Assembly (NCBI RefSeq): GCF_018350175.1
Contig: NC_058368.1
Coordinates: 54,934,001-54,998,000 of the forward strand
Direction: 5' to 3'
Length of the DNA stretch: 64,000 nt
From: Felis catus
Lineage: Eukaryota
Shown: positions 13,237 through 26,249 of the stretch, in pieces
Numbering within the stretch: the first letter of the stretch is position 1
Layout: the number at the start of each line of letters is the position of its first letter
The notes under the pieces: model-generated
Database searches by the model: none
The model's input: the letters and a program-made list of their open reading frames with translations, nothing else
What the model was told of the DNA's origin: nothing
Program-made: the position numbers and the translations under genes

Positions 13237-13455
13237 GGGGTGCCTGGGTGGGTGGCTCAATCCATTATGCGTCCGACTTCGACTCAGGCTTTGATCTCAC
13301 AATTCATGGGTTCAAGCCCCACGTTAGGCTGTATGCAGACAGCTTTGAGCCCGCAGGCTGCTTCAGATTCCACATCTCCCTCTCTCTCCACCCTGCTCAT
13401 GCTTGCTTGCTCTCTCTCTCTCTCTCTCAAAAACAAATATTTTTTTTAAAAAATT
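13237..13455 (+). mobile_element. CanSINE
   Basis: TSD agaaaa-c/t-agacat. Confidence 0.93.
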
Positions 13456-14019
13456 TTAGAGAAAATAGACATGTTCACATCACATCCTGTCATTATTTGA
13501 AAACTTAAAGCTGAAGATTTTTAAAGTTCAGACCAAACAGTGAATAATGGTGATAAATAAAACAAAAATTTATATTCTCAGAAGATATTGCATTAAGTGA
13601 TAAAACTCAATTATGTCATGGAAGTGATTGAGCTTTCAAATATTATTCTTTATCACCAAAAATCAAAGAATAAGAAAACAAATGAAAAATGACTATAGTC
13701 CTCACAATAATAACCACTAAACACCTTGGACAATAACACTCCAAATAAGCAAACCTCATACTCATAGGAAAAGTAAATAAAACTTAGTAGCAATAAACAC
13801 ACCAGTGTTCTTAAGCATCCTTCATATGTGAGGACTATAATTTAACAGACGCAGTTATACTCATGAACTGAATCCTTCATCTACAGACTATTTACATGTT
13901 ACATTATTATATTATTAAACCTTATAAAATATAATTTTGATAAGTGATATATATTTCTTTCCTAATGTGAATATATTGCCAAACCATTAAATTATTTAGA
14001 GCAATTAGAAAACATTTCT

Positions 14020-14380
14020 CAATCCAACAAGAGAATATAACATTTGTAAATATTTATGCACCCAGCATATCAGCATGTACATATATAAAGCAGGTATTAA
14101 CAAACCTAAAGGAAAAAAAAATAGATGGCAATACAATAATGGTGAGGATTTTAATACCTCACTTTTACCAATAAATAGATCATCTAGAAAGAAAATCAAT
14201 AATAAAATACTGGCCTTAAAACACTGGACTTAACAGATATAAAACCAATGCATCCCAAACCATAGAATGTACATTCTTCTCAAGTACACACGGAACACTG
14301 TCCAAGATAGATCATTACTTAGGCCACAAAACAAGCCTCAACAAATTTAAGAAGACTGAAATCATATCAGACATCTTTTT
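14020..14380 (+). mobile_element. L1 ORF2 endonuclease-domain fragment
   Basis: aatatttatgcaccc (NIYAP), ggattttaatacctcact (DFNT), ccaagatagatcat (KIDH). Confidence 0.88.
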
Positions 14381-14574
14381 TTGACTTCCAAATCCTTAAA
14401 AATTATGTCAATGAATAATACTGTGGGATATCTAATCTGAAAAAGTGAGGGACAGAGAATGTGTATTTAGTGATAACATCCAAAAACATTTGTAAACATT
14501 AAAAAATTCAAAAGAATTATATTCTTACAAATTAATACACGCAAGTGAGCTAAGACAGAGTTATAAAAATTTCA

Positions 14575-14672
14575 GAGTGCCTGGGTGGCTCAGTCTGTTA
14601 AGCATCCTACTCTTGATTTCGGCTCGGGTCATCATCTCATGGTTTCTGAGTTTGAGCCCCAAGTCAGGCTCT

Positions 14673-14707
<35 letters not shown>

Positions 14708-14761
14708 GCCCCTCTCCTGCTCCCTCTCTCCCCCTCAAAATAAATAATAAACTTTAAAAGA
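14575..14761 (+). mobile_element. CanSINE (internally deleted)
   Basis: TSD agttataaaaatttca. Confidence 0.94.
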
Positions 14762-14804
14762 AGTTATAAAAATTTCATATTGCAAATTTATTCATTGTTT
14801 ACAA

Positions 14805-14877
14805 CATATATATGTATACATATATATATATACGTGTGTATATATATACGTATATATATATATACGTATATATATAA
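14805..14877. repeat. (TA)n-rich alternating purine-pyrimidine repeat
   Basis: Directly visible. Confidence 0.95.
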
Positions 14878-15297
14878 AGCAGTATTAGAAATAAAATGTA
14901 CTTATGTTTTAGTGTGATTTATGATGCTGTTTTGGAGTGATGGTGGGGGTCCAGAGCCCATGGCCAAGAAAGAACTCTTGAGATGTCTTTGGTGCAGAAA
15001 GGTGGTTTTATTAAAGCACAGGGACAGGACCAGTGGTCAGAAAGAGCTGTCTTGGGACTGTGAGGAGTAACTGATTAATTATATACTTGGGAGTTGGGAA
15101 ACGTAAAGGCAACATGAAGTTTCCAAAAAAATTTACATATATTAAAAGACTCACAGGATACTGGAGGCCTAGCTATTGTCAAGCTAAGGTTGTTTTTCCC
15201 TCTGGCAAAGCATTAACATTAAGACAGTAGGGAGTTCCTGGAGAAACGTTATACTCTGCCTGCCTCAAGTACTTATCAATGGGCTGCAGGTTATAAG

Positions 15298-16224
15298 TGA
15301 TGAGGGACCACAAGGCAAGCTAAGAGTCAAGCACAAGGTAGCACAACCACCACGCCCCAAAATGTATGCTATTTCTCAGGCACTCCTGGCTGTCCAAGAA
15401 CAAAGGAAAGGAAACAAAAGGTTAACTGCTAGAGATCACAGTCACACAGGACAGGAGTCTCCATCAGTTTACAAATATCTTAGTAAATTATAAGAAAAAG
15501 GCAATCTTAATAGTCTAATCTCCACCAAACCTGTAGACTCAGTTTCCTGGAGCCCCAACATCACCATCCCCTCCATAGCGATGTGGGAACAAAAACAAGA
15601 AGGAAATAGGGGGTAAAATTAAATTTCCTTATAACCTGCAGCATATTAACAAATACCTGAGGGAAATTCAGAGTACAACATTTCTTTAGGAATACCCTAC
15701 CCCTACTGTTAATGTCTTACTACAGGAAAAACAACCTTAGCTTGACAATAGAAAGACCTCAGGTATTTTAGGTGTCCTCTTTAGCATAGCAAAGTCCCTT
15801 TGGAGGCCTCCCCCAATTTCTTTTTTTTTTTAATTTTTTTAACATTTATTTGTTACTGAGAGACAGAGAGACACGGAGTGAGCAGGGGAGGGGCAAAAGA
15901 CAGAGAGACACAAAATCTGAAGCAGGCTCCAGGCTCTGAGCTGTCAGCAGAGAGCCTGGTGCAGGGCTCGAACCCACAAACCATGAGATCATGACCTGAG
16001 CCAGAGTCGGACACTCAGCTGACTGAGTCACCCAGGCGCCCCTCCCCCAATTCTTTGGTATATAACCAATCACTCTTCACAACCCCTTCATACCTTTCTG
16101 CCCAGGGGTCCTGTCCCCATGCTTTAATAAAATCACCTTTTTGCACCAAAGACATCTTAAAGAATTCTTCTTTGCCTTCAGCTCTGAACCCCATGAACTC
16201 CACCATCACCCCAAAACCTCATCA
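15298..16224 (+). mobile_element. Inner complete solo LTR (ERV1-class-like)
   Basis: Terminal inverted repeat TGATGAGG...CCTCATCA, 4-bp flanks taag/tgag, TATATAA at 16059 and AATAAA at 16126. Confidence 0.88.
15819..16042 (-). mobile_element. CanSINE inserted in the inner LTR
   Basis: TSD cctcccccaatt. Confidence 0.96.
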
Positions 16225-17083
16225 TGAGGAAATTTTATTTTATCTACCATGTCCTTCTGCCTTTGTTTCCCACATCAATTATGTAGAATCACTTCCTACC
16301 AGGAAGCAAGTGCTCAGTTAATGTACATAAATAACTGAGTGTCAGATTGAATAATAAAACTTCAAAATTTGTGAGTTAAGTATTACACAAAAGTAACTAG
16401 AATTTTTTCATTATTATTTGTAGATTTGAATCCAAATAATATTATGTGAAAGGCAGCCATGTATTTTTACTATTGTTCACCTCCTTATTTTTGTACTATT
16501 TCTCATTCAATACCCCATTGTTCTTCTATTTCAGCTACTCTAACAGTGAATAAATCACAGTGGAATTCAGTCCTTGGGAGTTTGGCAACCTTAAAAAATT
16601 AAATAATCAACAAAAATTAGGAAGTGGTTATTTTGAGCTTTATACAGCAACATTTTGATTACAGATGTGAACACAAAACCACAGCCAACTGAAATATTCC
16701 CTTCATTACTTTTCAACCATATGTATGTGAAGGAGCATTTTCTTTTGATATCTTGCAATCACATCAACACATTCTGAATTATAATTTTTTAAAATTCAAA
16801 AGCCCTGTTTTTCTTGTCCTTTTTTTTTTTTTGGTAACAGTATAGATATATGTGACTGCTTCAGATATGTACCTTCTTAAAACAGAATAGGACATATTCT
16901 AAAAGGAGTTGTTATAAGGTACAAAGAATGCAAAGGTAAGGGAAAAAGAAACATGTAGGAGATAAAATGGGCACGTAGAACTTACTCCATCATAAGACAA
17001 TTGCATGTAAGCCTGATTAGGACAGTATCATTCGTTTTTAAGTCATCACAAAGTAAAATTCAACATTAAATATAGTTTAACTA

Positions 17084-17325
17084 GGGGCGCCTGGGTGGCG
17101 CAGTCGGTTAAGCGTCCGACTTCAGCCAGGTCACGATCTCGCGGTCCGTGAGTTCGAGCCCCGCGTCAGGCTCTGGGCTGATGGCTCTGGGCTGATGGCT
17201 CGGAGCCTGGAGCCTGTTTCCAATTCTGTGTCTCCCTCTCTCTGCCCCTCCCCCGTTCATGCTCTGTCTCTCTCTGTCCCAAAAATAAATAAAAAACGTT
17301 GAAAAAAAATTAAAAAAAAAAGAAA
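17084..17325 (+). mobile_element. Young SINEC_Fc-type CanSINE with a 14-bp internal duplication
   Basis: CpG-intact head; ggctctgggctgat present twice. Confidence 0.98.
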
Positions 17326-18061
17326 ATTAGATAGATAGATGTATATGTACACATATACATATACAAACACACACATACATGTATATATATAGCCTGTATT
17401 TGAAATATGAAAATAGCCTGTATTTATAGCTGGAGGACTAGGATCCATATGTAATTTTCAAAGGTTCTGTAAAATCTTTGAAATTATACCTTTTAACCAT
17501 GTATATGCCCAAGTATTTTTTGAGAACAAAAGATCTGCACTTAATATTATCTGTAATATAAAGTAGAAGCTTGATTATGGAACCACTGCATAGGAATACA
17601 AGTAAATAAGGAAATATTCAGATTAAAGAAAATGAAGAGTTACAATAGATTTTCCTTTATGTACCATCAGTACAAGTATCCATAGCCATAAAAAATTATC
17701 ACTGGTATATTTTGTGCATCTCACAATAGCTCTTAATGATAGTTTATATTTCTCTATGTCAACAAAAACATAAAATTGTTGAGATATCATATGGCTTGCT
17801 GATTATTTGGAAGTTATGTATTAAATAAATAAAAGGAGTTCATTTCAAACAGATCGAATAACAATAGTCTTTCCTACTATCCTATTAGAAAGGTGTCAAT
17901 AAAATAAATGCCTTTAGTCACCACGGAATTATAAATCTTAGCATTTTTTTCTTCTGCTTGAATCAGCAAACAAGCCAGCAACTGGAGATTCCTTGTGACC
18001 TTTAAAATATCACTCGAATATACAGTAGGAAGCAGGAAAAAAGGCAACGGGGTGGCTTAAG

Positions 18062-18105
18062 AACACACGTGTACACACGTACACACACACACACACACAC
18101 ACACA
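18062..18105. repeat. (CA)n microsatellite
   Basis: Directly visible. Confidence 0.95.
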
Positions 18106-20153
18106 AATTTTTCTTCTAAACTAAAAATACAGGTTTTTTTTTTTCAATAAAAGTACAGTGCTATTTTTTTCTCCTCTCTAGGACTGATTACAAGAACAGA
18201 ACTTAGCATTAAACAGTGGACCAAGTGAAAACAAATATGCACTCATTCCTTTTTTTGCTCTTATATACAAACTTTTCTCTTACTTATTTCATATTGCCAA
18301 CTCTTTCTCCCATTCTTTAAGCTACAGAGATAGGCTATTTATCTTAAAACTGGCCAATGTTAAAGTTTGGTAACACTGTCAAACAAGCTTGGCAAAGAAA
18401 TATGTTTAGTGCCTAGATATTTTCATCATCTTGTCACTCTACCTCCATTTGGCAAGGAAAAGGGAAGCAAGAGAGATGTTACCTATGCAAATAACTAGAA
18501 ACTATTAAGGAATCACCAATAAAGAGGAATAATCTAAATAATTTATCCTCAACCTTCAAAGGAATTTTTTGCCCTGGTCTGAATTTTAAGACAGAAAAGA
18601 ATGGAATTATTTATAGTAAATCATTTTATATCAATATTTTTATCCCAATATTAAATATATTTAAAATAATACGTACTTTCTATTTCCATAGTACTTTTTA
18701 TTCTTCCCTAATGAGTCAAATTGGTTTTTCTTCTTTGAATAAAGACTGAAAGATAGATGGATTTTTTTTTCAATATCTAAGGATAATTTGTCCTAGAAGC
18801 CTGAAACTTGATTATAAGAAAATAGGGTCTGTGTATATTACATACGGTTTATTGGACATTAATGAATTAAAAACCCAGCTTTTCCCAATACATTACATGT
18901 ATAAAGAAAAAATACATTAATATACCAACAGTTGTAGTGATTCAAAGTGACTGCTGGCAATATTAGTTCTTTTCTCTGCAGTAATTATGTTACATTAAAA
19001 TAAACCAACTGGTGCAATGATGTTATTAGGCAGAAAATACATTCATAAAATTCAAAGTAGATATACAAATACAATTATAATATCCAGAGGCACTGAATGG
19101 CAATGCAAATTACACTTTTTAGTTTTAGACATAAACATTTAACACATAGATGATTAATTTTACCAAGTTAAGCAAAATTGTTTTATTTTTCATTTGGAAA
19201 ATTGCTGATTTATAGCACTAAACCATTTGTTCTAAAATTTTGCATCAGGCTTTTAAGTAATAGCTTTTTCCCTTTAATTTTTCTATGCAATAGTAAATAT
19301 GTATCCTATAAATTTTGGAAAGCATGGAACAATTTTGTTTTTTTTTTTACTTTAAAGGGACTATCTTCAAACTATTACATCCTTAATTTCAACAATTAAG
19401 AAAGCATCAAATTCAAAAGGGCTCTTTCACTTAGGAATACATGTACTAAACTGGAATTAAATCTGTTAAGTGTTTTAGAATAGAAATCTTAAGCACTTGT
19501 GGTAGATTATTGTTTGCTGGATGAAATTTAAGAACTCCATCTGTTGAGCTTTATGTGCAAATTTTGTAACTCAGACTGGATGTAATACTGTGAAACAAAA
19601 TAGATGTAGCAGCAAATCATATTGCAAGTGAAGGCAGATTATATGATGCATTTAAAATGTAAGATATTTTTATTTCATACCAGTATAGTTAAAATAGGAT
19701 GTTAAAGTTTCTTCCTGGAAGGTACTATGACTAATGCATCTCGGTAGACCCTAACACAGTGCAGGGCACATGGAAAGACACAAATCGTTTTAAAGGTATA
19801 AAAGGAAAAAAAGTGCATTTTTAAATTAATAAAATTATTATTTCCTTTGCTCAACACCAATTGCTTTTTCCAGAAAAAAACTAATGGAATAAAACAGGTA
19901 ATTGATGATAATGGTAGTTTGGCAACTTTATCTGTTCATATCTCTCTATATCAACTTGAAAGAGAGAAAATGATTTTGTTTTTAATTTCAATCGTGTAGC
20001 TCTTTGTGTCCATGGTTCTTAGACAAGTAAAATGATTCATTTAACTAGTAATCCAGAAGATGCAAACATGCATTATAATAATGATTCAAATAAATGTACT
20101 GAACGCTCACACATTACAATAATATAAAGGAACAAATCACAACATTATGCCAC

Positions 20154-20368
20154 TTTTTTTAAAAGTTTATTTTGAGAGAAAGAGAGAGAGAGAGAGAGAG
20201 CGCACCAGCAGGGATGGGGCAGAGACAGAGGGGAGAGAGAACCCCAAGTAGGCTCCCCGCTGTCAGCACAGAGCCTGTTGGGAGGTTCAGTCCCACCAAC
20301 CATGAGATCGTGATCTGAGCCAAAACAAAGTGTTGGACGCTTAACTGACTGAGCTACCCAGGCTCCCC
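20154..20368 (-). mobile_element. CanSINE
   Basis: Antisense head ...gagctacccaggctcccc; flanks tatgcc. Confidence 0.94.
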
Positions 20369-20426
20369 TATGCCTGATTTTAAAAGGAGACTTTTAAACC
20401 TGATTAGTACTATGATGCCCTCTTAA

Positions 20427-20633
20427 TTTTTTTTTAATGTTTATTTACTTTTGATAGAGAGAGAGAGAGTACAAGAGGGGGAAGGCAGAGTGATTGAGAC
20501 ACAGAATCTGAAACAGACTCCAGGCTCTGAGCTGTCAGCACAGAGCCCAATGAGGGGCTCAAACTCATGAACCATGAGATCATGAGCTGAGTTGAAGTCA
20601 GACACTTAACTGACTGAGCCACCCAGGTGTCCC
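20427..20633 (-). mobile_element. CanSINE
   Basis: Perfect TSD agtactatgatgccctcttaa. Confidence 0.97.
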
Positions 20634-20939
20634 AGTACTATGATGCCCTCTTAAATAACCTGATAATTCCTTTTCATCTCCTTCCTAATCCTTCAAACTA
20701 CTTCATCATTATCAGTCCTCCCACTAGTCTCCAGATCTCATCACAATGGGGATGTCCTTTATACAACTCATCAGTTTCTCCTCTGATAATTACAATTATT
20801 TCCTGATAATTATACTTCAGTGTCATGTAAATATACACCAAAAGTTAGCACAGAATATTCAGGAAACAGATAAGAGGCCAAGATGTAAGGAATTAGAGTC
20901 AGCTGAATATAATTATAAAATAGTTCAGTAACTATTCAA

Positions 20940-21900
20940 AAAGATTTTATTTTTGCTTTATGCCAGGGCTTTACATTATTTGTAGCTGCTACATAAGTAT
21001 TACCTAATAGAAATGAAGATATATGGTCTGTTGGTGGGAGAATTTGTGCTAAGTTAGATAGGAGTTGAGCTATTTTAATGTTTGCTATAGATATGGGTAC
21101 CAAAGGCTTCCAATTCCTCTAGTGGACTTGTCTTTCTCTTGTCTTTGGGATTCTCTCTCCACTGCTTCTTAAAGTCATTGTGCCTTCTGTCACCTGTAAC
21201 CCACTGTTATTATACTGCAGTTTTGTTGGTGTGGTAACAAGATGTAGAGGAAAACATTCCATAACATTCTGAATGAATTTCAGACTCTGGCTATAATTTT
21301 CTCTCTTTATTTTTTTGAATCACAGTGCCCTGCTGGCTGTGTTTTAACCCCATGGGGTAAGACAGAAAGGCTGGAGGGGGATCGAGTGGGAAGGGATCTC
21401 TCTTGCTCTTGTGGGGTGAGTTTTCTGAAGAAGTTCTTTGGTCTAGGAAGTAGGCATTTGTTAACAGAAGAGTCACTGGCTGTGTTTCACAACGGTTACT
21501 CTTCCACTCTTGTCAGAGCCAGAAGGAGATCCTTCTTGAATTCTAACTGTGGAGTATTCCTAGATGGAAAGTCTAGTGGGAGAAGAGCTGTGAATTCTGT
21601 CCACCCCTAGCATTTCTTACTCTCACACTTGTCCACACTCCACTTCCAACAACTGAAGTGTTTCTACCAATGTACAACTCCAGAAATTTCTCTCCACGTA
21701 AGCAGCTATCAGCAGTGACTCTCTAGACTTGCATGGCTTTTCAGATTTGGCAGTGATGATTTGCCCTGAAACATCCATTCTCTAACAGGCCCAAGAAAAG
21801 TCACTGATTTTCATTTTTCCAGTCATTTCTTACTGTAAGGACAGGAGTGATAATTTAAAAGATCTTTATAGGCAGAAGCTGAAACCAGGTTCTCTACCAG
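20940..21900 (-). mobile_element. Ancient L1M 5'-region remnant
   Basis: Colinear similarity to 47700-48730; ends ...gaagctgaaacca. Confidence 0.65.
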
Positions 21901-22698
21901 TATATTTTAAATTACTTGTTCTGTTTTGCTTAAAAACAAACATCTTTGTAAAGTGACTGAACATACACTGTGAAGTACATCCTTAGTTGTGAGGGAGGGA
22001 GGGAACTCTACTATTCTTTTTTATTTCTATATTCTCTTATTCACCTGATACAGTTGGAGCACAGGAACACCTTGTGGATAGCTGTTCCAATTGCTATAAA
22101 GGGATTCTGTTATTGTGACTTCTCCCACATCTCAGGAGCAATATAATAACAAGACTATCAACAGCAGCAAAGGGATAAAAAAAAAATCTCTATCCATATC
22201 CCAATTATCTGTTACCCTGCTGAGCATAATTACATTTTGTATGTCATATGACTATGCTTTGACCTAGGGGAACTGACTTTGTGCTGTGAAGCTTGTCTGG
22301 ACTACAGTGTACTTAGTAAGAAGGTAAGGCAAGAATTTTAAAAGGTGCATGCCCTCCAAGCAATCATAATCAACATGACTCTTCAGATTACCTGTGCACT
22401 CGCCTTCACACAGGTACAGAGTGGGCCAGTAACAGCAAAGAAAGAGTCCAATGCTTCTGAAAAGTGACTTGAATTAAGGTTCACTAATACATTATACAAT
22501 GTTTCCAATTACTCATTGCTCTTAGGAGTAAAATCCATATATTTCCATAGAAGAGGAAAAACTGATGAAAGTAAAAAAAAGCAAGATTTCTTTAAAAATT
22601 TAAGATCTGAAATTACACTATAAAGAAATAAATAACTGTAGGACAAGATCAATCTGTGTTCTATACCCAACACAAATTGTGAATGTGTTAGTGCATTT

Positions 22699-22721
22699 GT
22701 TTTTTTTTCTTTTTGAGAGAA

Positions 22722-22789
<68 letters not shown>

Positions 22790-23093
22790 ACAGGGATGGG
22801 GAGGGAGAAGGAGGGAGATGGGAAAGGGAGATGGGAGAGGGAGATGGGAGAGGCAGAGGGGGAGAGAGAGGGAGAGAGAGAGAGGGCGAGGGAAAGAGAG
22901 AAGGATAGGGAGGGGAAAGGAGAAGGAGGGAGATGGGAGAGGGAAAGAGAGAAGTGGGGTTCACCCGAAGTGGGGCTCATGATCATTTGAAGTAGGGCAT
23001 GAACTCACCCAATGTGAAACTCAAACTCATGAACCGTGAGACCATGACCTGAACCAAAGTTAGATGCTTGATAACCGAGACACCCAGGCGTCC
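22699..23093 (-). mobile_element. Variant CanSINE with about 240 bp expanded GA/CT tract and reiterated head segment
   Basis: TSD tgtgttagtgcattt; head ...gacacccaggcgtcc. Confidence 0.93.
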
Positions 23094-23271
23094 TGTGTTA
23101 GTGCATTTTGAAGTAATAAGTGATAAAGATGGTTTTGAAATGGAATCTTAAAAAGGCCTGCAAAAAACATTTACAGGATTTATACCTATATTCTCATATG
23201 AACATACGTGCGCATGTGTGTACATGTGCAACTATACATGTTTATGTTGTGTCACAAAACTGAGACACTGA

Positions 23272-23382
23272 TATTTTTATTTAAATTCCAGTTAGTTAAC
23301 AAGCAGTGCAATATTAGTTTCAAGTGCAGAACATAGTGATTCATCACTAACATTCAACACCCAGGGCTCATCACAACAAGCA
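23272..23382 (-). mobile_element. Very short carnivore L1 3' terminus
   Basis: aaattccagttagttaac...caacacccagggctcatcacaacaag. Confidence 0.85.
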
Positions 23383-24442
23383 CGAATATTTAAGTATGCA
23401 ATTGAATCAAAGAATTCCATGGTGATATAAGATCATCATAAATAGAGGCAAGATTTGTAATCATTTAAGCTTGCATATTTGAAGCAGTGTTGGCCAGCAT
23501 ATTTGTATTTAGACCGAAGATGCCTATTAGCAGCACAAGGGATGAACGTATCTAAAAGTGATAAGATTTTTGCACACAGTATTTCAAAATTTAATTAGTT
23601 GTATAAATGTAAATATCAAAATGTTTTATATGAATATTTTAAAATACACACTTTCCTGTGAAGTAGAAGACCTATAAAAACTGCATGCAAAGAATGGACT
23701 GAACCTGATTTGTAGACATCTCCTTCAAAATGGGACACATGTTCTCCAGGACATCACCGTACAATTCAAACCAAACATATTTCACACATTCGGTGAATTT
23801 TCCAGTTGCTTGTAATAACCAAATTTGTGTCTTCCAATGTGGAGTATACCCATGCAATGAAACTTCAGTAAATTTAAGCATATTCAAAGAGTTGCCATAT
23901 TTTCCCATTACAGGGCACTTTGTTTACACCATTAGGGTTCAGAGAGTTGAACAAAGAAAGTGGTATGCAATGCACTTTTGAGGTGTTCCGTATACTGTCT
24001 TACACATTTATTGTTGTAATACTCTTACAGTGTATTATATAATTGTATACTAGTGTTGTTATAAGCCACATTATTTTTCTCTATTCCAGTACAATATGAC
24101 ACCCCTGCCTTCCATACCCCAGCATATCAAAGTTGCCCTGTATTTCTGACAACATGGATGATGTGCTTCTTCTGTAAATATACTGTTCTCCTCAAATGGG
24201 CTGCCCAAATATCGTCTCTTCCATACTTATAAAAATACTACCCATTTCTCAAATACTACATTTTTTATGAAGCTTTTACAGAAATACCTAACTCAAAATT
24301 ATATGATCTTAACTGAACCTACTCCTTTTATTTCCTTTTATTTGTTGACACGTTAAATTTGACTTGTACTTAGTAATGTGAACTTTTAAATTCCCCAAAC
24401 TAGAAACTTCAAGCTTCTAGAGAGGGTCAATTTCAAGACTCT

Positions 24443-25285
24443 GTTTTTAGAGTTTTAGAATCAGAGCAAAATTGACAGGAAGGTACAGGGATTTCTCATA
24501 CACACTCTGCTCCCACACTAGCAAGCCTCCCACATTATCAATATTCTCTCTCCAACAGAATGGTACTTCTGCTACAACAGATGAACCTACACTAAGGTCA
24601 TAATCACCCAAAGTCCACAGTTTACGTCGCAATTCACTCTTGGTGCTGTACAGTCTATGCATTTAGACAAATGTATAACAAGGTGTTTTCACCACTACAT
24701 ATGACATTTTCGCTGCTCTAAAGAAAGCCTGTGTTTCACCTATTCATCTCCCCCTCAATCCCCAACTCCTTGGAACCACTCAACTTTTTATTATCTCCAT
24801 AGTTTTGGCTTTTCCAGAATGTTATATATTTGGAATCATACAGTAGGTAAACTTTGCAGATTGACTTCTTCCACTTAGTAATATGCATGTAAGTCCCTCC
24901 ATGTCTTTTTGTAGCTTAATAGTTCATTTCTTCTTGATAGATAGTTCATTTCTTTATAGTGTGTCTTGAAGTCAGGTCCTGCTAGTCCTCCAATGCTGTC
25001 ATTCTTCAAACTCATGCTGTCTATTATGGGTCTTTTATCTGTCCACTTAAGCTTTAGAATCATGTTGTCAACATTTACAAAATAATTTGTAGGGACTCTG
25101 GGATTGCATTGAATCTATAGATCAAGTTGGGAGGAAATGACATCTGGACAATATTGAGTCTTCCTATGTATGAACATGAAATATTTCTCCATTTATTTAG
25201 TTCTTTGATTTCATTCACCAAATTGTTGTAGTTATGTCATACAGATCTTTCACATATTTTGCTAGATTTATACCTAAGTATTGTT
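24443..25285 (-). mobile_element. L1MC-like 3' end plus ORF2 fragment
   Basis: gcaaaattgacaggaaggtacagggatttctcatac and gattgcattgaatctatagatcaagttggg. Confidence 0.82.
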
Positions 25286-25529
25286 AAAAGAGTAGACCTC
25301 ATAGGTCCTTTACCACAGTAATAATAATGACAAAACTAGTACTGATTTCTGAGAAACAAGACAAGGCCACAGAGTTACCTTGTAGGTTTTTCTTCTTTGC
25401 AGTCAGTGGAAAGATAAATTCTAGAAAATAACACGACTCTATAATTTCTTTTTAAGAAAGTAAGACATTTATGTATAGATATGAGACCAAAAAATAACTT
25501 TGATTTTCTCCTCTAGTCAAATAATTTAC

Positions 25530-25745
25530 TACTAGCTAATAGTTATTGAATGTTTACTATTTGACAGACCCTCAGTGCTTAACCCGCATTAGTTTACAAC
25601 CCAACTTATGAGTTTGAAGTATTGTCTGTATGTGGATACTAATGTCCTCTCTATGTTTAAAAGCTTGCTCAAGGTCAAAGAGATAACAATTGGCTGAAGG
25701 CTGATCTGAAACTGATATTTTTAATGAACTCACCATCCTGCCTTT
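25530..25745 (-). mobile_element. MIR remnant
   Basis: agctaatagttattgaatgtttactat...cttgctcaaggtca. Confidence 0.55.
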
Positions 25746-26042
25746 AGTTCTCAACATTTCATATTTTAAGCCATTTATATTGGATTTTAAAAGTCACATC
25801 ACAGTTTATTCAACCAAAATATATGATGGGAGAGTACTATTACACATCACAAGAGTTAATGAGAACTAAATGATATATAGGTTTCTACAAATGCACCCTA
25901 AAAATACTATACTTCTAGAAACCAATCTGCAATACAATGCAAAAAGACATAAGGACTAAAAGTGTGCCATGTGGTGTTAAAATGTTTAAATCCTTTATAT
26001 TCACACTATCTCTTTATATTCTTTGTTTAAATACCTTAATGA

Positions 26043-26245
26043 GGAGTGCCTGGGTGGCTCAGCTGGATAAGTGTCCAACTCTGATTTCGACTCAGGTCAG
26101 GATCTCAGGGTTTGTGAGACTGAGCCCTGCTTCAGGCTCTGTAATGGGCATGGAGCCTGCTGAAGATTCATTCTCTCTCTCCCTCTCCCTCTCTCTCTCT
26201 CTCCACCCCCGCCCCCCGCTCCTCTTCCACTCATTCTAAATAAAT
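26043..26245 (+). mobile_element. CanSINE
   Basis: TSD taaatac-ct/tc-taatgag. Confidence 0.93.
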
Positions 26246-26249
26246 AAAT

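Larger units (their letters stand above)
14922..16350 (-). mobile_element. Outer solo LTR (ERV1-class-like), split into 14922-15297 and 16225-~16350; right boundary uncertain
   Basis: Minus-strand 3' end ...caccatcactccaaaacagcaTCA, AATAAA at 15007-15012(-), and homology to the inner LTR on both sides of the insertion. Confidence 0.82.

Noticed and set aside
19681..19750. Possible minus-strand exon with an open frame
   Set aside because: Overlaps what looks like an L2 3'-end remnant (aacacagtgcagggcacatgg)
22392..22456. Possible 65-nt minus-strand exon (cttttcag...CAG|gtaatc)
   Set aside because: Peptides not recognisable and no partner exons could be linked
22509..22990. Cluster of 89-151 aa ORFs
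   Set aside because: Low-complexity GA/CT tract of a SINE
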